Source of the DNA: Candidatus Pacearchaeota archaeon
Lineage (GTDB): Archaea > Nanobdellota > Nanobdellia > Pacearchaeales > GW2011-AR1
Assembly: GCA_016204145.1 (NCBI GenBank)
Contig: JACQLK010000016.1
Coordinates: 9,181-73,180, forward strand
Direction: 5' to 3'
Length of the DNA stretch: 64,000 nucleotides
In this document: positions 46,379 to 54,537 of the stretch, one piece after another
Position numbering within the stretch: position 1 is the first letter of the stretch
Layout of the letters: each line of letters begins with the position of its first letter
Position numbers and translations under genes: made by a program
The notes under the pieces: model-generated
What the model was told of the DNA's origin: nothing
Databases searched by the model: none
The model's input: only the letters and a program-made list of their open reading frames with translations

Positions 46379-46903
46379 TTATTTCGTCTTTTTAAGGATA
46401 AATTTCGCTCGTTTTTCAATGCTCATGAAAGGCACGTTGATGATGCTGTAGCCCAACTCTCTGTAGGCGCGGACTATTTCCGCCTGTATTTTTTCCAGCT
46501 CCTCTTTTGACTCTTGCCTCAACAAGTCCTTTTTGTAAAACTTCAGCGACTCCAAAATGAATACTTTCGCGTAATTGAATCTTTTCGCGTATTCAAAATT
46601 GTCTCTTGGGACATCAAGAAGGTTTATCCGGTAATATGCAACCGTGTCCCCAAAGCCGCGGTCGGAAAAAACAATTTTATTTGTGTTTTTCAGAAATTCC
46701 ACCTTATCTTTTTGCATCCTGAAAATTTCATCGTGAAAAATCCTCTTGTCAATTTCTGCTATTGACTTTCCCGGAAATTTTTTCTCGGCTATTCTCCTTG
46801 CCGCTTCCGGAATAATCTCATGCCCTTGTTTCTGAAGTTGATTTATAACAGCGGTTTTTCCTGTGCAGGGTCCGCCGGAGATAAAGACGATATTCGCAGT
46901 CAT
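46379..46903 (-). CDS. P-loop NTPase (AAA_28/NadR-kinase-like small ATPase)
   Basis: Walker A ISGGPCTGKTA; paralogous in architecture to 59046..59585. Confidence 0.5.
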   Translation of the reverse strand: MTANIVFISGGPCTGKTAVINQLQKQGHEIIPEAARRIAEKKFPGKSIAEIDKRIFHDEIFRMQKDKVEFLKNTNKIVFSDRGFGDTVAYYRINLLDVPRDNFEYAKRFNYAKVFILESLKFYKKDLLRQESKEELEKIQAEIVRAYRELGYSIINVPFMSIEKRAKFILKKTK

Positions 46904-47034
46904 TATAATTTTCCAAATTAAAGCCGATATTTAAAATTTTATGCTAAATATTTTATCTCCTTAAATAAATATTCTAAATTTTAGCAAGTTTTGCCCTGAA
47001 AAACCTATTTAAAAGCTATTTTCCTATTTTAGTC

Positions 47035-47820
47035 ATGGAAGACGTGGAAAGATTTTTCAGGCAAATCAGGAAGGCGAGAAACGACATAAAAGTCGACAGA
47101 AAGAATTTTTGGAGCAAGAACAGGATAAATTTCAAGAATAACATAAAAACCCTTGTCTCGTTTTTCAAGTTTCCGGACGGCTGGACTGTAAATGTCATCG
47201 CCTCGTCGTTTTTATTGGACAAACCGTCGATGCCTTATGACAAGGATATCTGGAGTTTCTCAGACGTTGTCGCCGCGACAGAAAACCAGGGACACGACAT
47301 TATCCTGTTTTTCAACAAAGGCGACTTGGAGTTTCTTTCAGCTCCCGCGCTTCTCCCAATCATAGTCCATGAAGTGAGGCACATTTACCAAGCGGCTGAA
47401 AATCCGAAAAAATACGTGCAAGCAACTGTAAACGACGAGTTAAGCCGCGAGTATGAAACGGGCGCCGACGCTGAAGTAAGAAAATACAGCGACGAATTTC
47501 GCAGGGAAAATGTCCTTGAAAAAATAATGTTCTGCTATGACGAACGCGGATGGAACGGCGCGAAAAAAATGGCCGACTACCTTCACATGGAAGCGCAGGA
47601 CTCTTTCGGCGGCGGATACGACCAATCAATGAACAAGGAAGAATACGAAACGTTCCTGAAAGCGATGGAAGAAAGAGACATAGACCTTTTCGTCGACTAT
47701 TTCATAAAAAGCATAGGCGGAGAAGAAGCCCAAAAAGAAGGTCAGGAAGTAAAAAAATTCGTCAGGGAATCAAAAATAAAAAAATTCATAAAAAACATCG
47801 TCGCAAAAAAGTCGGCTTGA
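47035..47820 (+). CDS. hypothetical protein with HExxH motif (possible Zn metallopeptidase)
   Basis: IIVHEVRHIYQAAE; its last ~15 codons and 3' flank are duplicated at 50706..50793. Confidence 0.45.
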   Translation: MEDVERFFRQIRKARNDIKVDRKNFWSKNRINFKNNIKTLVSFFKFPDGWTVNVIASSFLLDKPSMPYDKDIWSFSDVVAATENQGHDIILFFNKGDLEFLSAPALLPIIVHEVRHIYQAAENPKKYVQATVNDELSREYETGADAEVRKYSDEFRRENVLEKIMFCYDERGWNGAKKMADYLHMEAQDSFGGGYDQSMNKEEYETFLKAMEERDIDLFVDYFIKSIGGEEAQKEGQEVKKFVRESKIKKFIKNIVAKKSA

Positions 47821-47866
47821 GATGATTATGTTTTGTAAATGAGCCATTGAGGAATTCCGAGAAGTT
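47781..47866 (+). repeat. left direct repeat (~90 nt) bounding a 2.9-kb island
   Basis: aaaattcataaaaaacatcgtcgcaaaaaagtcggcttgagatg...gtaaatgagccattgaggaattccgagaag, ~85% identical to 50706..50793. Confidence 0.7.
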
Positions 47867-48224
47867 TCTTTTGAAATCCCGCTTTTATTGGAATTTTTGG
47901 AAAATTAATCCAGGAATTCATCCAACCATTTTTTGTTTTTAATAAATAATGCCCAAAAGGAAATTTTTTTGAACGCCTAATAAAAACTATTGTTCCGCTA
48001 TTTTTAAGATATTTTTCGGTCTTTGGAATTACTTTTCCATAAGAATAATTAAATCCTTTTTTATTTAGAATTTTAGCAATATCTCTGCAATAAAAATTCG
48101 GCTTGTCGGCTTTTTTTATTCCAAAAAATTTTAAAGATTTTTTGTAGCTGATTCCTAAAATACTTGCAACGCATGCAACGGCACATCCCATGGAATCTTT
48201 TTGGGGAATTGGTTTGAATTGCAT
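47826..48224 (-). CDS. papain-fold cysteine peptidase, C39-like
   Basis: putative catalytic Cys in DSMGCAVACVASIL and His in FPFGHYLL ~85 aa apart. Confidence 0.5.
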   Translation of the reverse strand: MQFKPIPQKDSMGCAVACVASILGISYKKSLKFFGIKKADKPNFYCRDIAKILNKKGFNYSYGKVIPKTEKYLKNSGTIVFIRRSKKFPFGHYLLKTKNGWMNSWINFPKIPIKAGFQKKLLGIPQWLIYKT

Positions 48225-48247
48225 TTTTTCTTGTCTCCCGCTGTCTC

Positions 48248-48667
48248 CTATAAAGTTATTTTTTCTAGGCAGTTTCTTTTTTCCACAGGTATGACCCTTA
48301 AAATTTCTTCTGCCATCTCACTTAAAACAGTAGCTCTAAAACTTCCTCCGATTATAGGTCTTCTTGTAAAAACTCCCCTGTATCCTAAAGGAGATCTTCT
48401 AATTTCAACTACTGTTCTGTCAAGAGAAAAGATATTTTCGGATTCATCAACGTATTCAGTTACGTGGGGAGTTTCTAAAAAATTGCCCCCAGAGATCCCT
48501 GGGGCTCCTGCTCCAAAATTTCCTCCTAAAATAGAAGAATTAGAAACATCATTTTTTTCCTTTAATCCATAATTAATACAAATAACCTCAATCTTTCTAA
48601 GGATATCTTCGCTAAATGCAGGATATACATATTCCCGCCTGCGAATAGTAAATTTTGTTTTCGTCAT
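48248..48667 (-). CDS. hypothetical protein
   Basis: 139 aa, Gly-rich segment GGNFGAGAPGISGGNF; operonic with C39-like gene. Confidence 0.35.
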   Translation of the reverse strand: MTKTKFTIRRREYVYPAFSEDILRKIEVICINYGLKEKNDVSNSSILGGNFGAGAPGISGGNFLETPHVTEYVDESENIFSLDRTVVEIRRSPLGYRGVFTRRPIIGGSFRATVLSEMAEEILRVIPVEKRNCLEKITL

Positions 48668-49023
48668 TTTCTTTCCTCAAAAAATTTTATTATACCCTCT
48701 AATTTTTCTCTATCTTTCTTTAATCTCTGAAATTTTTCTTCAATCTCGCTTTCTGTTGCGGGTCTGAGATTTTTTAATTTTAAACCCTCGTATTCCACAA
48801 AATGGTCTTTCGCCAGCTCGGGAAAGAACAACTCAACTTTTACGTACTCTATATAGTAAGGGGAGTCATCTCCTGGAAATCTCTTTGCGGACGGATTTTC
48901 AAAATAAAGAAGATTGCTTGAATTATCTGAATTTGAGATTTTCTGAGAATAAAAAGTTCTACGAATAGGATTTCCATCTGCGTCTCTGAAAACTTTATTT
49001 TTTTCCTTTGTTTTCTTTGTCAT
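48664..49023 (-). CDS. hypothetical protein
   Basis: 119 aa, 4-nt overlap with downstream ORF; starts MTKKTK like its neighbour MTKTK. Confidence 0.35.
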   Translation of the reverse strand: MTKKTKEKNKVFRDADGNPIRRTFYSQKISNSDNSSNLLYFENPSAKRFPGDDSPYYIEYVKVELFFPELAKDHFVEYEGLKLKNLRPATESEIEEKFQRLKKDREKLEGIIKFFEERK

Positions 49024-49149
49024 TTTATTTTCTCATTCTATAGTGGTAATTTAGTTATAATCTTACATATTTACAACTATATAAGTTTTTTCCTAAAAAT
49101 GCCTTAAAAAACACGATAAACTTATAAAGATACCTTAATTTATTCAAAT

Positions 49150-49635
49150 ATGCCTGTCAAATCAGCATTGAAGTCAAGAATCATCGACGAGAAAGACAAA
49201 AAGATACTTGCGGTTCTTCAGGAAAACGGAAGGGAACAACTTAATAAAATTGCAAAGAAAGTCGGCTTGAGCATTGACTCAACACACAAAAGAATTAAGG
49301 TAATGATTGAGAAAGGAGTTTTTCACCCGACAATTTTAATTGACCCTCGTATAATCGGATTTCCTCTGGTTGCAGACGTTAAAATAAAACTGAAAAACAT
49401 AGAACAAAAGGATTTGGATAGGTTTATTTCTCATCTTAAAAATCATCCGCGATGCATTGAACTTCTCTCAATAATGGGCGACTACGATTTCACTTGCGTT
49501 CTAATTGCCAAGGACGGAGACGAACTTGAAAAATTATCAACGGAAATAAGGCAAAAATTCAAGGATTTGATTGACGAATGGAAAAGCAATTTGGTTTTGA
49601 AAACGCACAAGTTTGAGGAATATGATTTGGAATAA
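49150..49635 (+). CDS. Lrp/AsnC-family transcriptional regulator
   Basis: N-terminal HTH (DKKILAVLQENGREQLNKIAKKVGLSIDSTHKRIK) + C-terminal RAM-like domain. Confidence 0.8.
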   Translation: MPVKSALKSRIIDEKDKKILAVLQENGREQLNKIAKKVGLSIDSTHKRIKVMIEKGVFHPTILIDPRIIGFPLVADVKIKLKNIEQKDLDRFISHLKNHPRCIELLSIMGDYDFTCVLIAKDGDELEKLSTEIRQKFKDLIDEWKSNLVLKTHKFEEYDLE

Positions 49636-49673
49636 GAAGAAATATTTAAAAGGGTTAGAACATTGTAAGAACA

Positions 49674-50426
49674 ATGGAAATAATAAAACAAATAACAAGG
49701 GCGGGAAATTCCTCAAACGTTCTTCTTCCAAAAGAATGGCTTGGCGGAACGGCAAGAGTTGAATTGATTGAAAAACCGTTGAGCATAAAAGAAGATATTT
49801 TTGAAATTTTAAATCCTTATTTAAAAAACGCCCTTGGAATTTATCTTGCGGGAAGCTATGCAAGAAAAGAAGAAACAAAGGACAGCGATGTTGATATCTT
49901 AGTCATAACTGACGGGATAAACAAAAGAATAAAGAAGGGAAGATATGAAATAATTTTGATTTCAAAAACAGAACTTGATAAAACGCTTAAAAGAAATGCG
50001 ATTCCGCTGTTGCCGATGATTAAAGAAGCAAAAACGATTCTGAATGAAGGGTTAATGGGGGGATATAAAAAAATAAAATTAAATAAAGAAAATACAAAAT
50101 CTATTTTAGAAATAACAAAATCATCGAGAAATGTTTGCGGGGAAAGCATAAAAATTTCCAAACAACTTGGAGAAAATGCATCTGACGAGATAATGTACTC
50201 TTTGATTCTTGGGTTGAGGACGATTTATATAATTGATTCGCTGAAAAGAAATAAAATTCCAACGACAAAAGGATTGAAAAATCTGATAATAAAATTAACA
50301 AATTCAGAAGAGCCATATAATGCTTATCTAAGGGTGAAAAATGATAAAAAAACAAAATCCGTTATAAGCGTTGAAATCGCGGAAAAACTAAACTGTTATC
50401 TTATTGAAAAATTAGGGAAATTATGA
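49674..50426 (+). CDS. AbrB-like DNA-binding domain fused to minimal nucleotidyltransferase (MNT) domain
   Basis: N-terminus ITRAGNSSNVLLPKEWLGGTARVELIEK (swapped-hairpin AbrB-like), then GSYARKEETKDSDVDILVITDG (GS..R...SDxD NTase motif). Confidence 0.55.
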   Translation: MEIIKQITRAGNSSNVLLPKEWLGGTARVELIEKPLSIKEDIFEILNPYLKNALGIYLAGSYARKEETKDSDVDILVITDGINKRIKKGRYEIILISKTELDKTLKRNAIPLLPMIKEAKTILNEGLMGGYKKIKLNKENTKSILEITKSSRNVCGESIKISKQLGENASDEIMYSLILGLRTIYIIDSLKRNKIPTTKGLKNLIIKLTNSEEPYNAYLRVKNDKKTKSVISVEIAEKLNCYLIEKLGKL

Positions 50427-50602
50427 AAAATAAATCTATGAAAAAGGGGCTTGCAAGTTATGACAAAGCTATAGAAGAGCATAAGAATAAAATCATTGAA
50501 GAAAAAAAGAAAGAAAATCCAAATGTTGAATTGATAAATTATTGGGAAAAAGAAATCAAAAGTTTTGAGAATAACAGGAAGAAATTAATGGGAGACGTCT
50601 GA
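50423..50602 (+). CDS. small hypothetical protein translationally coupled to NTase gene
   Basis: 59-codon ORF MKNKSMKKGLASYDKAIEEHK.., start overlaps NTase stop (ATGA). Confidence 0.3.
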   Translation: MKNKSMKKGLASYDKAIEEHKNKIIEEKKKENPNVELINYWEKEIKSFENNRKKLMGDV

Positions 50603-50705
50603 ATTATTAATTCGTTTATTTTCGCCTTAATTATCCCTAATTTCACAGCCACGCCGCTCAATAAACTTCTTCAGATAATTTTCGCAAAAAAAATTATCGC
50701 GAGAA

Positions 50706-50793
50706 AAAATTCATAAAAAACATCGTCGCAAAAAAGACGGCGTGAGATGGAAATCAATTTTGGTAAATAAGCCGTTGAGGAATTTCGGGAAAG
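50706..50793 (+). repeat. right direct repeat bounding the 2.9-kb island; contains a remnant of the 47035..47820 C-terminal coding tail
   Basis: aaaattcataaaaaacatcgtcgcaaaaaagacggcgtgagatg... would encode KKFIKNIVAKKTA* like the end of 47035..47820 (KKFIKNIVAKKSA*). Confidence 0.7.
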
Positions 50794-50819
50794 AGTAGGG
50801 GATTTGTGAAGAAGTTAAA

Positions 50820-51551
50820 CTAACGACATATGGAATTATTTTTATGTATAATACACAGAGGGACAGTAAATTGATATTTTCTTTCGTCTTTAGAACAGAA
50901 ATCACAGGTAAAGTTTAATTTTAGGTCATAGTTTCCTTCAGGTAGTTTGCTTGCGTCACAACTTCCTTCACTGCCCTTACCGCAATAATCCTGTTTTATT
51001 CTGAGATATATATACTTTCCTTCTTGTGAACTTATGTTAATGTCAGTTTCTGGATCTAAGTGGGCAAAAAGAAATTTATCATTCATATAATCTACTCTGA
51101 AATGTCCAGTATTAACTTTTCCTGAATTTATTACAACTAAAGAGATACCCCACTCTTTATCAGGGTCTGCTAAATATTCTGCATACACTTCAGATTTATT
51201 AGAATATTCTGGATATCTAAAATCTATTTCTATATCCGCCCAATTTGAACTGGATGTTTGTTTTAGAAGCCCCCTATTTTGATTAGATAAGTTTTCATTA
51301 GATAGTATTCCAAAAATACTTGTAGTAATAGTAACAAACATAAGAAAGGATACTAAAGTCAGAGATGAGATTTGAACAAAATTAGATAGATTTTGGTATT
51401 TTAAACTTTCATATTGATTAGAACTTATTTTTTTACTATCTCTTAAACCTATTAGATTTTTATTCTGTTTATAAAAAGAAACAAAATTTACAATTGATAA
51501 ACATCCTGTAGCTATAGCAATGAAGATTAACCAGTTAATTATAGTACCCAT
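50820..51551 (-). CDS. membrane-anchored/secreted hypothetical protein
   Basis: N-terminal TM MGTIINWLIFIAIATGCLSIV, AT-rich gene. Confidence 0.4.
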   Translation of the reverse strand: MGTIINWLIFIAIATGCLSIVNFVSFYKQNKNLIGLRDSKKISSNQYESLKYQNLSNFVQISSLTLVSFLMFVTITTSIFGILSNENLSNQNRGLLKQTSSSNWADIEIDFRYPEYSNKSEVYAEYLADPDKEWGISLVVINSGKVNTGHFRVDYMNDKFLFAHLDPETDINISSQEGKYIYLRIKQDYCGKGSEGSCDASKLPEGNYDLKLNFTCDFCSKDERKYQFTVPLCIIHKNNSICR

Positions 51552-51554
51552 TTC

Positions 51555-52622
51555 TCACAACCCCAGCCTCTCCACGAATTTTTTCTTGTCAAATGCCTCT
51601 ATCTCGCCGTAATTCTGTCCCGTGCCGAGATACAATATCGGTTTTTTCACGACATATCCCACAGAAAGCGAGGTTCCGCCTTTTTCGTCTATGTCCGCCT
51701 TCGTGAGAATTATCGCGTCAATCCCAATCGCGGAATTAAAACTTCCCGCCTGCTCGACCGCGTCGTTTCCGGTGATGCTTTCCCCGATGAAAATTTTCAA
51801 ATCCGGCGCGCAAACCCTGACGATTTTTTCCATCTCTCTCAAAAGATTTTTCGCGGTGTGCATTCTCCCGGCGGTGTCTATGAGAACGCATTCTATTGAA
51901 TTCTTTTTCGCGTATTTTATCGCGTCAAATCCCACCGACGCGGGATCGGAGCCGTATTCGTGCGAAATCACATTGACTCCGATTTTATCTCCGTGAAATT
52001 TCAACTGCTCTATGCTCGCAGCCCTGAACGTGTCCGCCGCCGCGAGAATTGCAGAGACGCCGCGCGACTTCAAATTCTCCGCGACTTTCGCAACCGTCGT
52101 CGTCTTTCCCGAACCGTTTATTCCGCAAAACAAAATAACATAAGGATTTTTCTCTTTCTCATTTTTCTCTTTTATTTTTTCAACAAGATCGAACGGCTCT
52201 ATCAATATGTCTTCTATGATGTCTTTCAGCGAATCCTTTATCTGCTCTTCGACTTCTTTTTTCAAAAATTCCTGATTCACGATTTTTCCCTTCAATTCGC
52301 TTATTATCTTTTCGGCTACGGGAAACGCGACGTTGTTTTCAAGGAGAAGCGTTTTCAATTCCTCCCCGTAAACGTCAAACTCCTTGTCTGAAATCTTGAC
52401 CTTTGAAATTTTCTCCCTGACCCTTTCAAAAAAACTCTTCGTCTCCTCTTCCTCGCTTTTCTCCGGCGCGGGAACAATTATCTTTTTTCGCGGTTTTTCT
52501 CCTTCCTTTCTCCCAATTTCTTTTTCCTTTTCGGTTTTCTCCGGGAATTCTTCCGGCTTCGTCTTCTCTCTTGTTATTTTTTCGGCCCAGCTCTTTATCT
52601 TTTCTTTCAGGAATTTGAACAT
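51555..52622 (-). CDS. ftsY: signal recognition particle receptor FtsY
   Basis: acidic/Lys-rich N-terminus, NG domain with GINGSGKTTT, DTAGR. Confidence 0.9.
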   Translation of the reverse strand: MFKFLKEKIKSWAEKITREKTKPEEFPEKTEKEKEIGRKEGEKPRKKIIVPAPEKSEEEETKSFFERVREKISKVKISDKEFDVYGEELKTLLLENNVAFPVAEKIISELKGKIVNQEFLKKEVEEQIKDSLKDIIEDILIEPFDLVEKIKEKNEKEKNPYVILFCGINGSGKTTTVAKVAENLKSRGVSAILAAADTFRAASIEQLKFHGDKIGVNVISHEYGSDPASVGFDAIKYAKKNSIECVLIDTAGRMHTAKNLLREMEKIVRVCAPDLKIFIGESITGNDAVEQAGSFNSAIGIDAIILTKADIDEKGGTSLSVGYVVKKPILYLGTGQNYGEIEAFDKKKFVERLGL

Positions 52623-52698
52623 GATTTTATCAGGAAACGAGATTTTTTTAAGGTTTGGGTTTATAATTTTAAAAGAAATCTTCTATGAAGTATTTTGT

Positions 52699-52712
52699 TC
52701 CCGCCCGCCTCC
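52699..52712 (-). repeat. G-rich repeat, copy K (reverse orientation, C-rich on + strand)
   Basis: cccgcccgcctcc; revcomp ggaggcgggcgggaaca resembles copy H ggaggc..gggcgggcgggatgaaca; ~80 nt upstream of FtsY start. Confidence 0.45.
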
Positions 52713-52751
52713 TATGAAACCTTAATAATCTCTAAAATTTGCTTTCGCTTC

Positions 52752-52795
52752 GTTCAGATATTTATTGCTCCGCGCCTGACTCCGTCGTGGTGCTC
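52752..52795 (+). repeat. ~60-nt conserved motif (copy 2 of 2; partner at 1774..1836)
   Basis: gatatttattgctccgcgcctgactccgtcgtggtgctccgc. Confidence 0.45.
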
Positions 52796-52855
52796 CGCTA
52801 AAGAAAAATACTAATGTGAAAACTCTGTCTTATCATCATATCGTCGCATCATCAT

Positions 52856-52976
52856 TCTTTCTCCTGGGGGCGGGGACAAATTTATCAAGTAAATTTTTGG
52901 AACGCGAGTAGGCGAGCAACTTTGCGAGACAGAATTGCAAAACTCACAACGAGCGGGGTTGCGAGTCGGGGAATTG
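52856..52976 (+). repeat. G-rich intergenic repeat, copy F (most complete: G-run + BRE/TATA-like module + ttGCGAG module)
   Basis: cctgggggcggggacaaatttatcaagtaaatttttggaacgcgagtaggcgagcaactttgcgagacagaattgcaaaactcacaacgagcggggttgcgagtcggggaattggaggaag. Confidence 0.65.
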
Positions 52977-53040
52977 GAGGAAGAATGATCCAATAAGTTA
53001 AATCTAAATTTTTATAAACAACAGTTGTTTTTGCTTTTCC

Positions 53041-54291
53041 ATGAAAGGCGTTTTGATTATCCTCGACGGAATCGGCGACTTGCCGTGCAAAATTCTCAAC
53101 GATAAAACTCCTCTCGAGGCCGCCGAAACGCCGAATTTGGATTTCATTTCAAATCGCGGAGAGCTCGGAGGAATGGTTCCCGTAAAAATAGGATTCATTC
53201 CCGAATCCGACGAAGCGACTGTTTCAATTTTCGGAAACGAAATTTCAAGCAGCACAAGAGGGCAATTGGAAGCAAGGGGAACGGACATAAAACTTGTCCG
53301 CGGCGACTTGGCTCTGCGAGCAAACTTCGCGACAATTGATTCCACGGAGAGAAAAAATATAATTGACAGAAGAGCCGGAAGAACCCTCGCGACAAAAGAG
53401 GCGGAAACTCTCGCGGAAGCGCTGAACAAAATAAAAATGCCGTGCGATTTCATTTTCAAGCCGACGATACAGCATCGCGGCGTTTTGGTTTTCAAAGGGG
53501 GATTCTCGGACAACATTTCCGGAAACGATTCTTCATATACAAAAAACAAACTGCGCGGAATTGAAAAAATAAATGAAATTCGCGCGCTTGATGAAAATGA
53601 AAACTCGCAATACGCCGCAAATATCGTGAACGAATTTCTTGAAAAAGCGTTCATGACCCTTGACAAGCATCCTCTTAACGAAGAAAGAAAAAGAAAGGGG
53701 TTGATGCCGGCGAATTATCTTCTCGTGCGCGGAGCCGGAATTGAAACGCCAAAATTGAAATTTTACAGAAAATGGGCCGCTGTTTGTTATATGCCGACGG
53801 AAATCGGCTTCGCAAAAACGTCCGGAATGAGCGTGTTCTCCTTCAAATATCCGGAAATGAAAAACCTCGACGTTTACAAAAATCTTTACGACGGATTGAG
53901 GGAAGCGTGCGATTTCTCGGTAAAAACAATTGAGAAAAACCGGAAAAAATACGATTATTTTTACGTTCACATAAAAGAAACAGACGTTCCGGGACACGAC
54001 AACAAGCCCGTTGAGAAAAAAATGATGATAGAGCAAATTGACAAAATACTTTTCAAGTTCCTGAAAAAATCAATCGATTCGGACAAGAATTTGAAAATTA
54101 TCGTTACCGGAGATCATTCGACTCCGTGCAGAATGAAATCGCATTCCGCCGAGCCGGTTCCTGTTTTATTTTATTCCGGAGAAGGAAAAGCGCCAAAGGA
54201 AAAAAGATTCTGCGAGAGAGACGCCATGGGCGGAAAATTGGGAATGATTTCCGGAAAAGACCTTTTGGAAAAAACCGGATTTGAAAAATAA
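53041..54291 (+). CDS. apgM: 2,3-bisphosphoglycerate-independent phosphoglycerate mutase, archaeal type (ApgM)
   Basis: MKGVLIILDGIGDLP N-terminus and TGDHSTP near C-terminus, 416 aa. Confidence 0.8.
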   Translation: MKGVLIILDGIGDLPCKILNDKTPLEAAETPNLDFISNRGELGGMVPVKIGFIPESDEATVSIFGNEISSSTRGQLEARGTDIKLVRGDLALRANFATIDSTERKNIIDRRAGRTLATKEAETLAEALNKIKMPCDFIFKPTIQHRGVLVFKGGFSDNISGNDSSYTKNKLRGIEKINEIRALDENENSQYAANIVNEFLEKAFMTLDKHPLNEERKRKGLMPANYLLVRGAGIETPKLKFYRKWAAVCYMPTEIGFAKTSGMSVFSFKYPEMKNLDVYKNLYDGLREACDFSVKTIEKNRKKYDYFYVHIKETDVPGHDNKPVEKKMMIEQIDKILFKFLKKSIDSDKNLKIIVTGDHSTPCRMKSHSAEPVPVLFYSGEGKAPKEKRFCERDAMGGKLGMISGKDLLEKTGFEK

Positions 54292-54388
54292 TTTTTGATT
54301 TATCAGTAAACTTCGTAAGAATTATTAAAAAGAGGTTAGTGTAAAATAACTTCAAGTCACTCCTAATCATATTCAATTCGGATTTGGA

Positions 54389-54480
54389 GTTAACACGGGT
54401 TTCGCGGGGAGGGAGGGTGGGGACAAATTTATCAAGTAAATTTTTGGAACGCGGGCGGTCGGGAATTACTCGCGGAATTT
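54389..54480 (+). repeat. G-rich intergenic repeat, copy G (GTTAACA + perfect G4 GGGGAGGGAGGGTGGGG at 54406..54422 + BRE/TATA-like module)
   Basis: gttaacacgggtttcgcggggagggagggtggggacaaatttatcaagtaaatttttggaacgcgggcggtcggg; 38 nt identical to copy F. Confidence 0.65.
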
Positions 54481-54537
54481 TAAGAATTTTCCATCCGTAT
54501 TCTTGATGACGAAAATTCTTAAAAACAAACTTTCTTT

